Shown one piece after another: positions 9,217 to 19,442 of a stretch of DNA of 64,000 bases. Source of the stretch: a virus; the IMG/VR virus record IMGVR_UViG_3300045988_183936, positions 2,626 through 66,625 of that record; one strand, written 5' to 3'. The translations under genes were made by a program, and so were the position numbers. The notes under the pieces are model-generated. The model saw only the letters and a program-made list of their open reading frames with translations, made no database searches and had not been told where the DNA came from. The number at the start of each line of letters is the position of its first letter. The first letter of the stretch is position 1.

Positions 9217-10022
9217 TGATAAGGGCTGTTGAGATGCCTATTTTGCATCGTGAAATCGCGGAGTTCCTCGACCCTCGCATCCATGAGGCTGCGCCGGGAA
9301 CTCCGTCGTTTGCACTGCATGGTTTTCGCATCGACGACCGCGAGTATGTGATGGACTGCCTGCCCACCGTGGGACTCATGGTGGGCTACCGCATCGTCGA
9401 GACCGGTGAACTGGTTTCAGCGCTGCAGTTCGACAAGGGTGTTTCTGAGGAAAAACAGATTTTCCATGCGTTGCTGTTTGCACCTTGTGCGAAATATCTG
9501 GCGACGAAAAACTGCGTGTCTTCCCTGCCTGACGGGTCGTATGGTGATATTGAGTGCTTCTATATCATCTACAAAAACCCTGAGGCACGATGCTGGCTGC
9601 CTCGCTGTGAGACTCCTGTCATCGGGGCCGGCAATGCCGAGCAGAGGTTCACGACAGAAGTGCGGCTGAATACGATGGATGGCTTTGTAAGCTATCTGTA
9701 TTTCGATTTCACAACCCGTGGCTCTTGCGGTACAAACTTCTTCAACTCCGTCTGCGATAACATTCAGCGTATGCTGCGTGAGGACTGGGACGCTCTGGCT
9801 GCCACTGTACCCGCCGTTTCTTACGATGCGGGAAGTGAAATTCTGTCCATTCCCTTCTCGAATGTAAATGGCGATTATACGCTGATGGATTTCGAGAAGA
9901 AGTGGGCAGGGGCGCATGAGCTCACCTCACTGGTCACGTCGATTCGGCTGGTCAAAAACGACATCACACTGTATAAAGACAGTCGTTTCGATGTGCCGGA
10001 AGTGGAGGTCGTCCATGAGTAA
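9217..10022 (+). CDS. hypothetical protein (268 aa)
   Basis: ggagaaaaaactATG RBS inside ORF 9000..10022. Confidence 0.5.
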
Positions 10023-10194
10023 GAAGGCTGATGACCGCGTATACAAAGTCAAAATCCAGCGGCCAATCTTCCCTCCCGATGCTCCGTTTCTGGCAATGAG
10101 CGAGTGCGGCTGCATCCAGCCGACACTTCTTCAGGCAACACCGGAGCTAAAGGGCCTGCTTGGGGAAAGGTTGACTATTCCAGCTTTAGTGTAG
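10018..10194 (+). CDS. small hypothetical protein (58 aa)
   Basis: ATGA overlap with the previous stop. Confidence 0.3.
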   Translation, partial: SKKADDRVYKVKIQRPIFPPDAPFLAMSECGCIQPTLLQATPELKGLLGERLTIPALV

Positions 10195-10199
10195 GGTCT

Positions 10200-11575
10200 A
10201 TATAAGGAGAATGAATAATTCTACAGAAAGGAGTGTGAACATTGGAAATCTATAGGGCTTACAAGCTGTGCATCAAACCCACAGAAGCTCAGGCAGCGGA
10301 GATTGAGAACACCTTCCGGTGCTGCCGGTTCGTATGGAACCATTTCCTTGAGCGGAAGTCCAAGGCCTACCAGCGCCGAGGCGAAAGCCTCTCATACTAC
10401 GGTATGAAGAAACTCCTGACGGAGATGAAGGTCTATCTGCCTTGGCTGGGTAGCTGTAACCGGCACGCCTTGAATTATACGATACAGAACCTCTGCGACG
10501 CCTACGACGGGTTCTTCCGTCGCTGCAAAAAAGGCAAAGGCAAGGTGGGATATCCGAGATTCAAGGGACGGAAGAATCCTAAGCAGAGCTTTACCACAGA
10601 TGGCTCGGTCATTGTGACCGAGAAGTTTGTCCAGATTCCCTCTATTGGGAAGGTAAAGCGCGGTAAGGATAAACGTGCCGTTACCGGGGTTCCGGTAAAT
10701 GTCACGGTGTCCCGCAGTGCCTCCGGTAAGTATTGGGCGTCCGTTCTTTGTAAAGAGAAGGTTGACCCTCTGCCGGAGCTGAACGCGGAGGTTGGTATTG
10801 ACGTTGGGCTCCATGTATTTGCCGCCGACAGTGATGGCAACACCTACGAAAACCCTCACTGTTTAATCCATAGTGAGAAGCGGCTGGCTCGTGAGCAGCG
10901 TAAGCTGTCCCGTATGCGGAAGGGTTCTTCCAACTATGAGAAGCAGCGGCTCAAGGTAGCAACCATCCACGAACGTGTTGCAAACCAGCGTCGTGACTAT
11001 ACCCACAAGCTGAGTCGGAAACTCGTTGACGAGAACCAAGTCATCGCAGTGGAAGACCTCAACATCAAAGGGATGGTCAAGAACCACAAGAAGGCAAAGG
11101 CTGTGGCTGATGTCTCTTGGGCTGAGTTTTTCCGGATGCTGGAGTACAAGTCACTGTGGGCGGGACGCACATTCATCCAAATCGACCGGTTCTATCCCAG
11201 CAGCCAGACTTGCAGCTCTTGTGGCTACAAGAACGCCGCTGTGAAAGATGAAAAGGTTCGGGAATGGACCTGCACCCAATGCGGCGCACACCACGACCGC
11301 GACATCAATGCGGCAATCAATATTTTGAGAAAGGCAAAGGATACCTGCACCGCAGCGTAACCGGCATACCCTACTACGGCAGGATGAGCCGAAAGTTACG
11401 CCTGTGGAGACTGGTAAGACCTCGAACCTCACGGCGAGAGGCACGGTCTGCGAAGCAGGAATCGACCGGACGTGTGTACCTGAGAATTACCAATGCGAAT
11501 GGTATGTTCTTTCATGCTATGCATACGGAACACACAAAAGGTTGAATATCCGAACGCACGGGCGACGACTGGTGA
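10200..11575 (+). mobile_element. IS200/IS605-family (IS1341-like) TnpB-only insertion with a putative 3' omegaRNA region
   Basis: Complete tnpB is flanked by non-coding ends. No tnpA was seen. Boundaries are approximate. Confidence 0.5.
10242..11360 (+). CDS. tnpB: TnpB (OrfB) RNA-guided endonuclease, IS200/IS605 family
   Basis: N-terminal YKLCIKPTEAQ...RFVWNH. RuvC-like segments. C-terminal zinc finger CSSCG...CTQCG...DRDINAAINI. TTG start after an AAAGGAG RBS. Confidence 0.8.
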   Translation: MEIYRAYKLCIKPTEAQAAEIENTFRCCRFVWNHFLERKSKAYQRRGESLSYYGMKKLLTEMKVYLPWLGSCNRHALNYTIQNLCDAYDGFFRRCKKGKGKVGYPRFKGRKNPKQSFTTDGSVIVTEKFVQIPSIGKVKRGKDKRAVTGVPVNVTVSRSASGKYWASVLCKEKVDPLPELNAEVGIDVGLHVFAADSDGNTYENPHCLIHSEKRLAREQRKLSRMRKGSSNYEKQRLKVATIHERVANQRRDYTHKLSRKLVDENQVIAVEDLNIKGMVKNHKKAKAVADVSWAEFFRMLEYKSLWAGRTFIQIDRFYPSSQTCSSCGYKNAAVKDEKVREWTCTQCGAHHDRDINAAINILRKAKDTCTAA

Positions 11576-11592
11576 AAGAAAGGAGAAAAATT

Positions 11593-12177
11593 ATGGGACG
11601 TAAAGCAACTCGTTCCGCCGACGAAATCGCCATGAGCAAACAGAATATGTTCATCAGAACCGCTGAAAAGCGTGTTGGGCGTGTTCTGGACGGTCTGAAT
11701 ATGCTGGAGTGCCTGTCTACCCGTTATAGCGGATACTACACAGAAGAACAGGTCAATGCCATGTTCAGTGCCATCCGCAAGAAGGTGGATGAAGCCGAGA
11801 AGAGCTTCCGGACGAACGGGAAAACAAAGCTGTTTTCCTTTTCCGATGAATCCACTTCCTGCGGAGAGTTCAACCTCGAAGCCGGCGAGCGCATCGGTAT
11901 CTCGTTGAAGGTCATCAATGACTGCAATATGAGCGTAGCGCCCAACAAGCTGGAAGTTGAGACCTTCCCTGACGGCAGCGAACCGACTTACTATGAGCTA
12001 TTCAACAGCGAAGGTATGCTTTGCTGCTGTGATGGCGAGGTCGTCACTGTGGTACGCACCGGCGTCGATGAAAACGGCATTGCGGTGGCGTGGCTGTATG
12101 CCACTGACTCCAACGGTGAGACCGGGCCTGAGTTTTCTCTGCCCATTGAAGCTCTGAAGGTCGGCGTGTTCCGCTGA
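11593..12177 (+). CDS. hypothetical protein (194 aa)
   Basis: gaaagaaaggagaaaaattATG RBS inside ORF 11404..12177. Confidence 0.5.
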   Translation: MGRKATRSADEIAMSKQNMFIRTAEKRVGRVLDGLNMLECLSTRYSGYYTEEQVNAMFSAIRKKVDEAEKSFRTNGKTKLFSFSDESTSCGEFNLEAGERIGISLKVINDCNMSVAPNKLEVETFPDGSEPTYYELFNSEGMLCCCDGEVVTVVRTGVDENGIAVAWLYATDSNGETGPEFSLPIEALKVGVFR

Positions 12178-12196
12178 AAATGAAAGGAGAAAAAGA

Positions 12197-13603
12197 ATGA
12201 ATCATTTTTGCTACAACTCTTTATTCGGGTTTTCTGAGAAGGAGCTGGAAAAGATGGAAAACAACCACCGTATCGTAGTTGATGGCGACCTCATCGACTT
12301 CGCAAAGGCTTACGAGGACATCATGCAGAATGATGTTTTCGGGCAAATGTCCTGCCGGTTCGTTCCGGTTGAGAGCGACGAAAAAAAGAAGAAGGGCATC
12401 AAGATTTATGACAATGTTTTTCGGGCCTATGTGAAGGGACGCTGCTACGTGCTGCCTACTTCCGAGGTAAACGACGTTTTCTTCGCCGAATCTGAGAAGG
12501 GCGCTGTCGTGAATGTGACTGCCCCGGAACTGGCGGAGCTCTATATCCGTGAACGGCTGCATCAGACCAAAGAGAAGCTCATTCCGTTGTCTATGCTGGA
12601 GCTTCACCTTCTGCTGGTCATGGGCATCTGCAGTAAAAAAGATGGTAAGCCGTTTGGTAAGGACGGAAAGTGGCTGAATGGCTACATCAACGTCTACAAT
12701 GCGGCGACCTTCCCCGATTTGGTCTGCTACATCACCGGAAAGGACTGCAGCGTGGCACCGTTTGCCTCGTACACATGGAACGAGATTCTCGCCGTGTGTG
12801 AGGGCAACAACAATCTGGCTGTTCGGGTATTCAACGCGCTTCGGGAGGATGCGACACACTCGTGGACTCCTGAGGGAGTCGTTGCTTTCTTCACCGATTT
12901 AGGCACGGAGGACAGTGCCGGTGAGGATGACGATGGGGACGACCTCATCCACGTGGAGAAGCACTACGAGGTCTCTGGCGGTCTGGCGAAGGCACTCGGT
13001 TACGAGGGCGACCTGTTTGCCATGGACGTTGCGGATTTCAACCGCGTCTCTTCGCGGCTGGGGAATCTGCACTGCCTCGTCGAAGCTATCCCTGAAATCA
13101 TCCATGACAGAGACTTTAGTCGGTTTTCTTCCATGAGCATGAACGGCTACTGGAACGTACTCCTGAATTTGGCGCTGACCAATCTCATCGAGGACTTGCG
13201 TATCCATGCTATTGCACGTAACTCCGATACTGGCGTTGTCATTGATGTCGATGGCAAGAAGCAGGAAGTCACTGGCGGCAAGAATACCTCCAAGGAGGAG
13301 TCATCGGAAAGTGAAGCCTTCTGGGACTTCAAGACCATTTGGCTGTACTGCCGAACGGCTGATTTTGCCAAGGCAAAGGACCGTGAGATGTTGCGGACTC
13401 TTTGGGACAATATGGTTGAGGACCAGCACATCGTTCCAAAGAGCGCTGAGTACAAGCTGCTGCTTGTTAAGCTCTGGGGCATCTTGAATGCCGAAGAAAC
13501 CGATGGACATATCACTGCCGGCAATCGCCCCACTCTTATCCGCAATCGTTTTTTCGGATTCTGGGATGATTTTGCCAAGTTCATGGGTGAGCATCTTTCC
13601 TGA
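12197..13603 (+). CDS. hypothetical protein (468 aa)
   Basis: gaaaggagaaaaagaATG RBS. Followed by a terminator. Confidence 0.55.
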   Translation: MNHFCYNSLFGFSEKELEKMENNHRIVVDGDLIDFAKAYEDIMQNDVFGQMSCRFVPVESDEKKKKGIKIYDNVFRAYVKGRCYVLPTSEVNDVFFAESEKGAVVNVTAPELAELYIRERLHQTKEKLIPLSMLELHLLLVMGICSKKDGKPFGKDGKWLNGYINVYNAATFPDLVCYITGKDCSVAPFASYTWNEILAVCEGNNNLAVRVFNALREDATHSWTPEGVVAFFTDLGTEDSAGEDDDGDDLIHVEKHYEVSGGLAKALGYEGDLFAMDVADFNRVSSRLGNLHCLVEAIPEIIHDRDFSRFSSMSMNGYWNVLLNLALTNLIEDLRIHAIARNSDTGVVIDVDGKKQEVTGGKNTSKEESSESEAFWDFKTIWLYCRTADFAKAKDREMLRTLWDNMVEDQHIVPKSAEYKLLLVKLWGILNAEETDGHITAGNRPTLIRNRFFGFWDDFAKFMGEHLS

Positions 13604-13641
13604 AAACTTTTCACAGCAAAGCACTGATTTTTCCACTAAGA

Positions 13642-13672
13642 AAAGCTCCTTCGGGGGCTTTTCTTTTTTTCT
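13642..13672 (+). terminator. intrinsic terminator
   Basis: aaaaGCTCCttcgGGGGCtttt plus a T-run. Confidence 0.7.
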
Positions 13673-13756
13673 CAATTTTTGCTGAATTTGAAAGAAAGAA
13701 AACGCTCGAAAATGGCTTGGTTATGCGGTTTTCATGGACTATGTTTGTTCCTGTTC

Positions 13757-13872
13757 TCCCGACTAAAATCTCAAATTTTTATTCGGTTTTTCCCGACTAA
13801 AGTTTAGTTCTTAAAACTCTGATTTCCCGACTAAAATTGCAATTTGAAAATTCAGAAATCCCGACTAAAATC
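13757..13872. repeat. four direct iterons TCCCGACTAAA(A/G)T phased at exactly 34 bp
   Basis: cccgactaaa begins at 13758, 13792, 13826 and 13860, inside a 330-bp non-coding stretch upstream of cassette copy 3. Confidence 0.8.
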
Positions 13873-13918
13873 AAAAAACAGTGCAAATAGAGTAAACGCA
13901 ATTTGATACCTAAAACGA

Positions 13919-14096
13919 TTGACAAAATATCAAACTGTGGTAGTATAGAATTATAATTACGAAGCTATTTTTATAAAGGAGATTATCTCCGTTTTCAAGT
14001 CACCACATAAATTCAGACAGTTATCCCAATCTTGGGGTAGCTGTCTTTTTTTATATATTTATTGCATTTTTCGACAACAAAGAAAGGAGAAACACC
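13919..14096 (+). promoter_or_regulatory. repeated promoter-leader-terminator cassette, copy 3
   Basis: Same promoter and GGAGATtATCTCC leader. Hairpin cagacagttatcccaatcttggggtagctgtct (14015-14047) plus T8. Lacks the catacatttgtgttccc block. Confidence 0.75.
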
Positions 14097-14279
14097 ATGA
14101 AGTACAAGAAGCTCACCAAACATGAGCGAGACACGCACCCGTCCATTCACTGTACGGGCAGCGTGCGCGGCATGAAGGAACGTGGGTTGTGGGACAAGGA
14201 TGCCGAGTGTGTTCGCTGCGGCAACCACATCTACAACCTGTCCGTTACCATCCCGCCCTACCCTGCTGATGGCTGCTGA
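14097..14279 (+). CDS. small hypothetical protein (60 aa)
   Basis: aaagaaaggagaaacaccATG RBS. Confidence 0.45.
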   Translation: MKYKKLTKHERDTHPSIHCTGSVRGMKERGLWDKDAECVRCGNHIYNLSVTIPPYPADGC

Positions 14280-14312
14280 TGCAATCGACTTCAAAAGAAA
14301 GGAGAAATTATT

Positions 14313-14618
14313 ATGAATACATCTACGCTGCATTTCATCGACTGCACTCTGTCCACGTATCGGAACGAGCTGCTGTTCAACCCTTCCAACAAGATGCCTG
14401 CCCGTGAGGTCAACGACGCACTGAGCAAGCTACTGGAGCTGCCGGAGGTCTGCGGTAAGGTGCGCGATACCCTGACCACCCACCTGAACGACCGGCGTGG
14501 CTATGCCCGTGATTTGAGCAAGCCCGCGCCCACTGTCGCCGAGGTGATTACGTCCATGGAGTTCGCACTGGGTGCCGCATATGCGGCAGCAATGAAGAAG
14601 AGAGGTGAGCAGAAGTGA
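14313..14618 (+). CDS. hypothetical protein (101 aa)
   Basis: aaaagaaaggagaaattattATG RBS. Confidence 0.5.
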   Translation: MNTSTLHFIDCTLSTYRNELLFNPSNKMPAREVNDALSKLLELPEVCGKVRDTLTTHLNDRRGYARDLSKPAPTVAEVITSMEFALGAAYAAAMKKRGEQK

Positions 14619-14824
14619 GTAAGCATCGTTGGACTATCGAGGAACTGAAGAACGTCAATGACGCTCAGTTCGCTATGGCGATTCTGATGGAACGCCGCAG
14701 TGAGTTATCGAATCCCTACACCCCGTTCGCACAGCGCCTTACCAGCGTCATCAATACGCTGACGGACATGGCTGTGGATGGCGGGCTGACGGACGAAGAA
14801 AGGAGCAAGAACAATGGCTGTTGA
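14615..14824 (+). CDS. hypothetical protein (69 aa)
   Basis: Translationally coupled by a GTGA overlap. Confidence 0.4.
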   Translation: MSKHRWTIEELKNVNDAQFAMAILMERRSELSNPYTPFAQRLTSVINTLTDMAVDGGLTDEERSKNNGC

Positions 14825-15182
14825 GATGAGACTCTACCGCGTGCCTATTATCGGTAGTAATGCCGAACGGCGGCACGGAAAGGTGGTGGATGAGGTCACG
14901 GTCAAGGTTGGAACCAAGTGGCTGACAGACAATAGAGACTGTCGATACTACAAGGCTCCTTCCGAAGATGCGAACAGAAATCCCTACTTCCAGCAGAACT
15001 CCATGTACTGGAGTACAGATTACCGGCTGTATCAGACGGAACAGGCTGCCAAGGACTATCACCATCAGGCGGAATTGCTCATAGCTCTTCGCAGAGCCGT
15101 TGGCGACTTCGGCTTCAACGCCCCGTTGACCGTGTTGGAGAAGGTCATGGACATTCTCAAGGAAGGCGGGTGCCTGAAATGA
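14814..15182 (+). CDS. hypothetical protein (122 aa)
   Basis: Overlapping start. Same strand block. Confidence 0.45.
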   Translation: MAVEMRLYRVPIIGSNAERRHGKVVDEVTVKVGTKWLTDNRDCRYYKAPSEDANRNPYFQQNSMYWSTDYRLYQTEQAAKDYHHQAELLIALRRAVGDFGFNAPLTVLEKVMDILKEGGCLK

Positions 15183-15958
15183 GCACAAAAATCTTTGACG
15201 CTTGGCGCATCAACTCTACCGACATCGGGGAGTTGGTCAAGCTCGGCAGTGAGATTCGGGAAGTGCAGCGGAAGTCTTTCGTGGACGCTGTCTACAACTC
15301 GCTCGATTTCTGCCAGCTCGCCATCATCTTCGCCAAGAAGTCTGTAGAGGATGTTGAGGAGCTCAGACCTGTTTTTGCTTCAATCGCCGCAAACGTCGTC
15401 CATAAGTGTGTTCTGATGTACGACTGGACGCCGTCTTTTACGATGACGGATGGCGCCAAAAGCTCTGCGGAACAGATTCTGCAGAAGGAGGCTCAGAAAC
15501 GGAAGATTTCATTGACAGTAGAGCAGAAGAGAAATCTGCTCGACGTTATCACTGAAATCTACGAAATCGTCTCCCGTGATTGGCAAGCGTCACTGCTGTT
15601 CCTTAGGGGCGATAATGGCAGTACCTACATGAAAGGGTTCAATCTCACCAGAGAAGCGGCCCATTTCATCGACTCCCAATATCCCCGCTTTGAGTACACC
15701 GACCAGACGGAGATGAATATTTCAGACTTCAACGAGTACACACGGCAGTACATTGACGCTGCAAAGACGGAAGAAGAACGCTATGAGAGGCTCTTGGAGG
15801 CCCAGTGCGAACGTGGAGAACTGTGGGACAAAGCATTCGCAGGCCAAAGTGTATGGCGCGATGCCGGTCTCTCCGTCTCCCTCGTGCCGGCACAGCTTCA
15901 GGAACAGTTCGTGGCTATTCATTCCATCTGCAAAAAGGTGTTCGGTGTCGAAGCCTAA
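15170..15958 (+). CDS. hypothetical protein (262 aa)
   Basis: Overlapping start. Confidence 0.5.
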   Translation: MPEMSTKIFDAWRINSTDIGELVKLGSEIREVQRKSFVDAVYNSLDFCQLAIIFAKKSVEDVEELRPVFASIAANVVHKCVLMYDWTPSFTMTDGAKSSAEQILQKEAQKRKISLTVEQKRNLLDVITEIYEIVSRDWQASLLFLRGDNGSTYMKGFNLTREAAHFIDSQYPRFEYTDQTEMNISDFNEYTRQYIDAAKTEEERYERLLEAQCERGELWDKAFAGQSVWRDAGLSVSLVPAQLQEQFVAIHSICKKVFGVEA

Positions 15959-15982
15959 CGAAAAAAAGAAAGGAGAAAAATC

Positions 15983-16624
15983 ATGGAGAATAACCAAAAA
16001 AACGCTGCGGAGGTCGAGACCAGCGTTCCTGACCTGATTCCGTCCAACTACCGCGAAAAGGCAGAAGCACTGGGCTGGGTCATCGACGAGGACAAGGTTT
16101 GCGGAGTATTCACCTTCAGGCAGGGGTCGCCTGCCGGCGAGGACTATTCCTTCGACCTGTACGCCGACGATGACTTCAGCGACGGTGTGGCTGCTGCGGT
16201 GCGCCGTGTCTACGATGACTTTGACATCGACGAACACGTTGGACTGTTCGCAGAGGCTTCTATGAGAGGTGAGTCCGGCGTTCCGAAGCTGTCGATTCTT
16301 GTCGATGACGCTAAGGAAATCGACGAGATGCTTCTCACGCTCGCCGAAGCGTTTGAAGACATCGAATCTGATACATCAGAGCGGGAGCAGAAGGCATATA
16401 CCCGCTGCTGCCCCAACTGTGGTGGCGTATCTTTCTCTGGTCATCAGGTCCTCCACATTGATGTGTTGGTTGACATCGAAACGGGAGATTTCCTCGGAAA
16501 TATCAACGACGAAATCGAATCTAACATCTACGAGTCGTCTGACCCCTACGGTCCATATCACTGCATGACCTGCGGATTTGAATGCGACAACCTTTCCGAG
16601 CTGGAAAAGAGCGAGGTGGAGTAA
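15983..16624 (+). CDS. hypothetical acidic protein with zinc-ribbon (CPNCG...CMTCG)
   Basis: aaaaaaagaaaggagaaaaatcATG RBS. Confidence 0.5.
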   Translation: MENNQKNAAEVETSVPDLIPSNYREKAEALGWVIDEDKVCGVFTFRQGSPAGEDYSFDLYADDDFSDGVAAAVRRVYDDFDIDEHVGLFAEASMRGESGVPKLSILVDDAKEIDEMLLTLAEAFEDIESDTSEREQKAYTRCCPNCGGVSFSGHQVLHIDVLVDIETGDFLGNINDEIESNIYESSDPYGPYHCMTCGFECDNLSELEKSEVE

Positions 16625-16629
16625 CTCTA

Positions 16630-16791
16630 ATGTCGATTATTCTTTACTTCGCACTGACCATTCTCGTGATGTGCGGCATATTCCTTGGCATAAGGAGACT
16701 GGACACACAGGACCTCTTGCCGCCAATCATCTGCAGCGTTTCTGTGGGCGTTATTATGGTGGAACTGTTCGCCCTTGTTCGGTGGTATTAA
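16630..16791 (+). CDS. small hydrophobic membrane protein (53 aa)
   Basis: ATG immediately after the previous stop. Two predicted TM helices. Confidence 0.35.
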   Translation: MSIILYFALTILVMCGIFLGIRRLDTQDLLPPIICSVSVGVIMVELFALVRWY

Positions 16792-16813
16792 CGGAGGTGA
16801 AGGACGTGTTCAA

Positions 16814-16982
16814 AATGCTGACGAACCCCTTGTTTATAGCCTATGTCGTTCTTATCATCGCCGCAATGGTCGTCTCAGTCATAGCCGCAAAAAAATCAGA
16901 CCAGCCAGAAATGCTTCCGGCTGCCTTTGGTACTATTGCGCTCACCATCGTTTTGGTTATTGTAGCGGTCATAACCGGTTAA
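16814..16982 (+). CDS. small hydrophobic membrane protein (56 aa)
   Basis: GGAGG RBS then ATG. Hydrophobic. Confidence 0.35.
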
Positions 16983-17050
16983 ATTAAAGCCAGCGGGAGG
17001 GGCGCTCTGCCTCTCCCCTGCTTAAAAAAGAAAAGGAAGGAGATATTCGA

Positions 17051-17269
17051 ATGGCATACAGCATTGCTGAAATCGCGGCCATCAAAGCGGAGTATCCCGC
17101 AGGCACAAGAATCAGACTGAAACACATGGACGAAAGCAAGTTTCCTGTGGCAGACGGCACGACCGGTAAAGTCACTTATGTGGACGATAACGGCCAGATT
17201 CATATGCGTTGGGATAATGGCCGCACGCTGCCGCTCGTTCCGGGCGTCGATGATTTCGACAAAATCTGA
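17051..17269 (+). CDS. hypothetical protein (72 aa)
   Basis: aaggaaggagatattcgaATG RBS. Confidence 0.45.
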   Translation: MAYSIAEIAAIKAEYPAGTRIRLKHMDESKFPVADGTTGKVTYVDDNGQIHMRWDNGRTLPLVPGVDDFDKI

Positions 17270-17299
17270 GCTGTTTTTTCAAAAAGAAAGGAGAAAAAT

Positions 17300-18341
17300 T
17301 ATGGGTAATACATCTATCAGAGCCGCTGCATCTTTCTGCAACGAGAACACGCTGGTCAAGGTCTACCGCTATAATCCTAAGTACGACAGGTTCGAGACGA
17401 CCTTCGTTCCTTTCAAGGACATCCGCAAGAGCGATTCTGTGAGCGTCTTTGCCAGTGATGGGCACGAGATGCACTTTTCCGTTCTCACAAATGCTTCTTT
17501 TAAGAAGGACGAGCGATACGGGAACGAGTGCGGTTGGTCTGTGAAAGTCACTGAGGACGGCGGCAAGACGGAGATGGTTCTTCGTCCCACCGATTTCGCG
17601 CCCTACATCATCAGCCTTTCCGTTACCGACGAAGGAGAGTGGCGCGGCTGCCGGCTACTTTTCGAAAGCGTCCTCAACGACACCGAAGCTATCGTCAACA
17701 ATATGCGGGCGCGATTCGAGCCGCGTGTTGCGCCGGAAAACACCTGCGGGCGGCATTCCGACACAGTTGCGGCCATGGCGAAGAGAGACCTTACTCGTGA
17801 GTGGACGGAGCAGTTCGGCTTCCGGCTCATTTCGGACAGCGTAAACTTCGCCCAGTGCAGTGTGAAGGACATTCTCTCTGATAAGTTCTTCAATCCCCCT
17901 GCCATGGAGTTGACGTTCTTCGCCTATTCCGACGGCGAGTATTCAGCGTCCCCCCTGTTCTTTGCCAAACTGCCCGATTTGGGCGAACGGTACAACAAGC
18001 CTGAGGGACGTGCTGCAATCGCAGAACTGCTGCAGAAGCTGGATGAGATGTACGGCGACCTGCCTGAAGACACAACAAAATGGGCTCTGGAGTATCAGCT
18101 TTGGGCTCGTATGCTGCTGGCAGAAGGTGCGGTCATGCTGAATCCGAAGCACCTCGACCTCCCCGACTGCGCCTACGAATTCAAAACGCTGGCTTTCGGT
18201 AATAAAATGCTGAAAGACAGCGGTGACGGTATTGCGTGGGCAAAGGCTGTCAAAACACCTATCAGCGTAATCGCCGAGGCGTGGGAGAATGACATGAGTG
18301 AGTCCGGCGATGAGGCTTTTACCTGCATCGTGACGGGCTGA
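17300..18341 (+). CDS. hypothetical protein (347 aa), paralog A
   Basis: aaaaagaaaggagaaaaattATG RBS. Shares FFAKLP..LG, EYQLWARMLL.EGAVMLNPK and DILSD(K/R)FF blocks with the next gene. Confidence 0.55.
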
Positions 18342-18355
18342 AAGGAGAAAAACAT

Positions 18356-19408
18356 ATGGATATGCCGATTTCGAACAAGCGAAAGCTGCACTGCGACGAG
18401 AACGTACTGGTCCACATCGTGCGTTACTGCCATGATACGGATGACGCAGATGGCGACGGCGTCAGAGAGGTGGAAATGTACGTCCCCTTCAAGCACATTT
18501 GCAAGGGCGATGCCATTGATATTCCTGATAAGGACACCGACGATGCCTTCAGAACAACCGCCTATGCTGCGGAAAACGCTTCGTACAACGAGGCTAAGGC
18601 GGGTGGTTGGTTTGTGCCGGTCGCCTGCACTGGGCAGAAAGATTACATTCTGAAGCCCGACGATTTCGCACCTTGGCTCGTGACACTGAGCGTTGTGTTC
18701 ACGAACGGGTCGTCCTGCAAGCTCTTTTTCGAGTGCGTGGAACGAAGCGAAGAGAAGCTGCGGGCAAACATCCGCAGAATCTTTGACGATGTGCCGACGC
18801 TGCGGCATGAGCTGGGCTTCGTTGCCCTCGTCCGCCATATGGCATGGAAGTACCTCACACCGGAAAGAACGGAGCCTCTCGGCTTCAGATTCCTTTCGGA
18901 TGATGTCGTCTGGAGCAACTGCAAAGTGAAGGACATCCTTCCTGACCGGTTCTTCGCGGCGGCTGACATGAAGCTGACGTTTTACGCCTATGCGGAAGAT
19001 GAGTATTCTGGGAATCCTCTGTTCTTTGCAAAGCTGCCGTATCTCGGTACGCATCACGGACATCCTGAAGGTTGTGTGATTTGCGCTTCCATCCTGCGGA
19101 AACTGGATGAGCTGTATGGCGACCTGCCGACGGAAGCGTCCCGTTGGTCGCTGGAATACCAGCTCTGGGCGCGTATGCTGCTCTCTGAGGGAGCAGTTAT
19201 GCTCAATCCGAAGTACGTTGACTTGCGCCAAGACGGTGCGCTTGATGCGCTTCTGGAGGACATTCCGATGATTGATGGTTTCGCCGATGACGTCGCTTGG
19301 CGTCGTGTGGCAGGTGTACCCATCGACGAAATCCATGAAGTGTGGGATGCGAGTTCGGATGATGGTGTCGCTCCGTTCACCTATACCGTCCGAGCAAAAA
19401 TCCTTTGA
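18356..19408 (+). CDS. hypothetical protein (350 aa), paralog B, in tandem with 17300..18341
   Basis: gaaaggagaaaaacatATG RBS. Conserved C-terminal two-thirds, divergent N-terminus. Confidence 0.55.
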   Translation: MDMPISNKRKLHCDENVLVHIVRYCHDTDDADGDGVREVEMYVPFKHICKGDAIDIPDKDTDDAFRTTAYAAENASYNEAKAGGWFVPVACTGQKDYILKPDDFAPWLVTLSVVFTNGSSCKLFFECVERSEEKLRANIRRIFDDVPTLRHELGFVALVRHMAWKYLTPERTEPLGFRFLSDDVVWSNCKVKDILPDRFFAAADMKLTFYAYAEDEYSGNPLFFAKLPYLGTHHGHPEGCVICASILRKLDELYGDLPTEASRWSLEYQLWARMLLSEGAVMLNPKYVDLRQDGALDALLEDIPMIDGFADDVAWRRVAGVPIDEIHEVWDASSDDGVAPFTYTVRAKIL

Positions 19409-19442
19409 TTCTTTCGCTTCAAGACAAACCACATTTTTTCAA

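Noticed and set aside
18173-19432. 419-aa minus-strand ORF
   Set aside because: It is antisense to paralog B (18356..19408), which has a strong RBS and a paralog next door.
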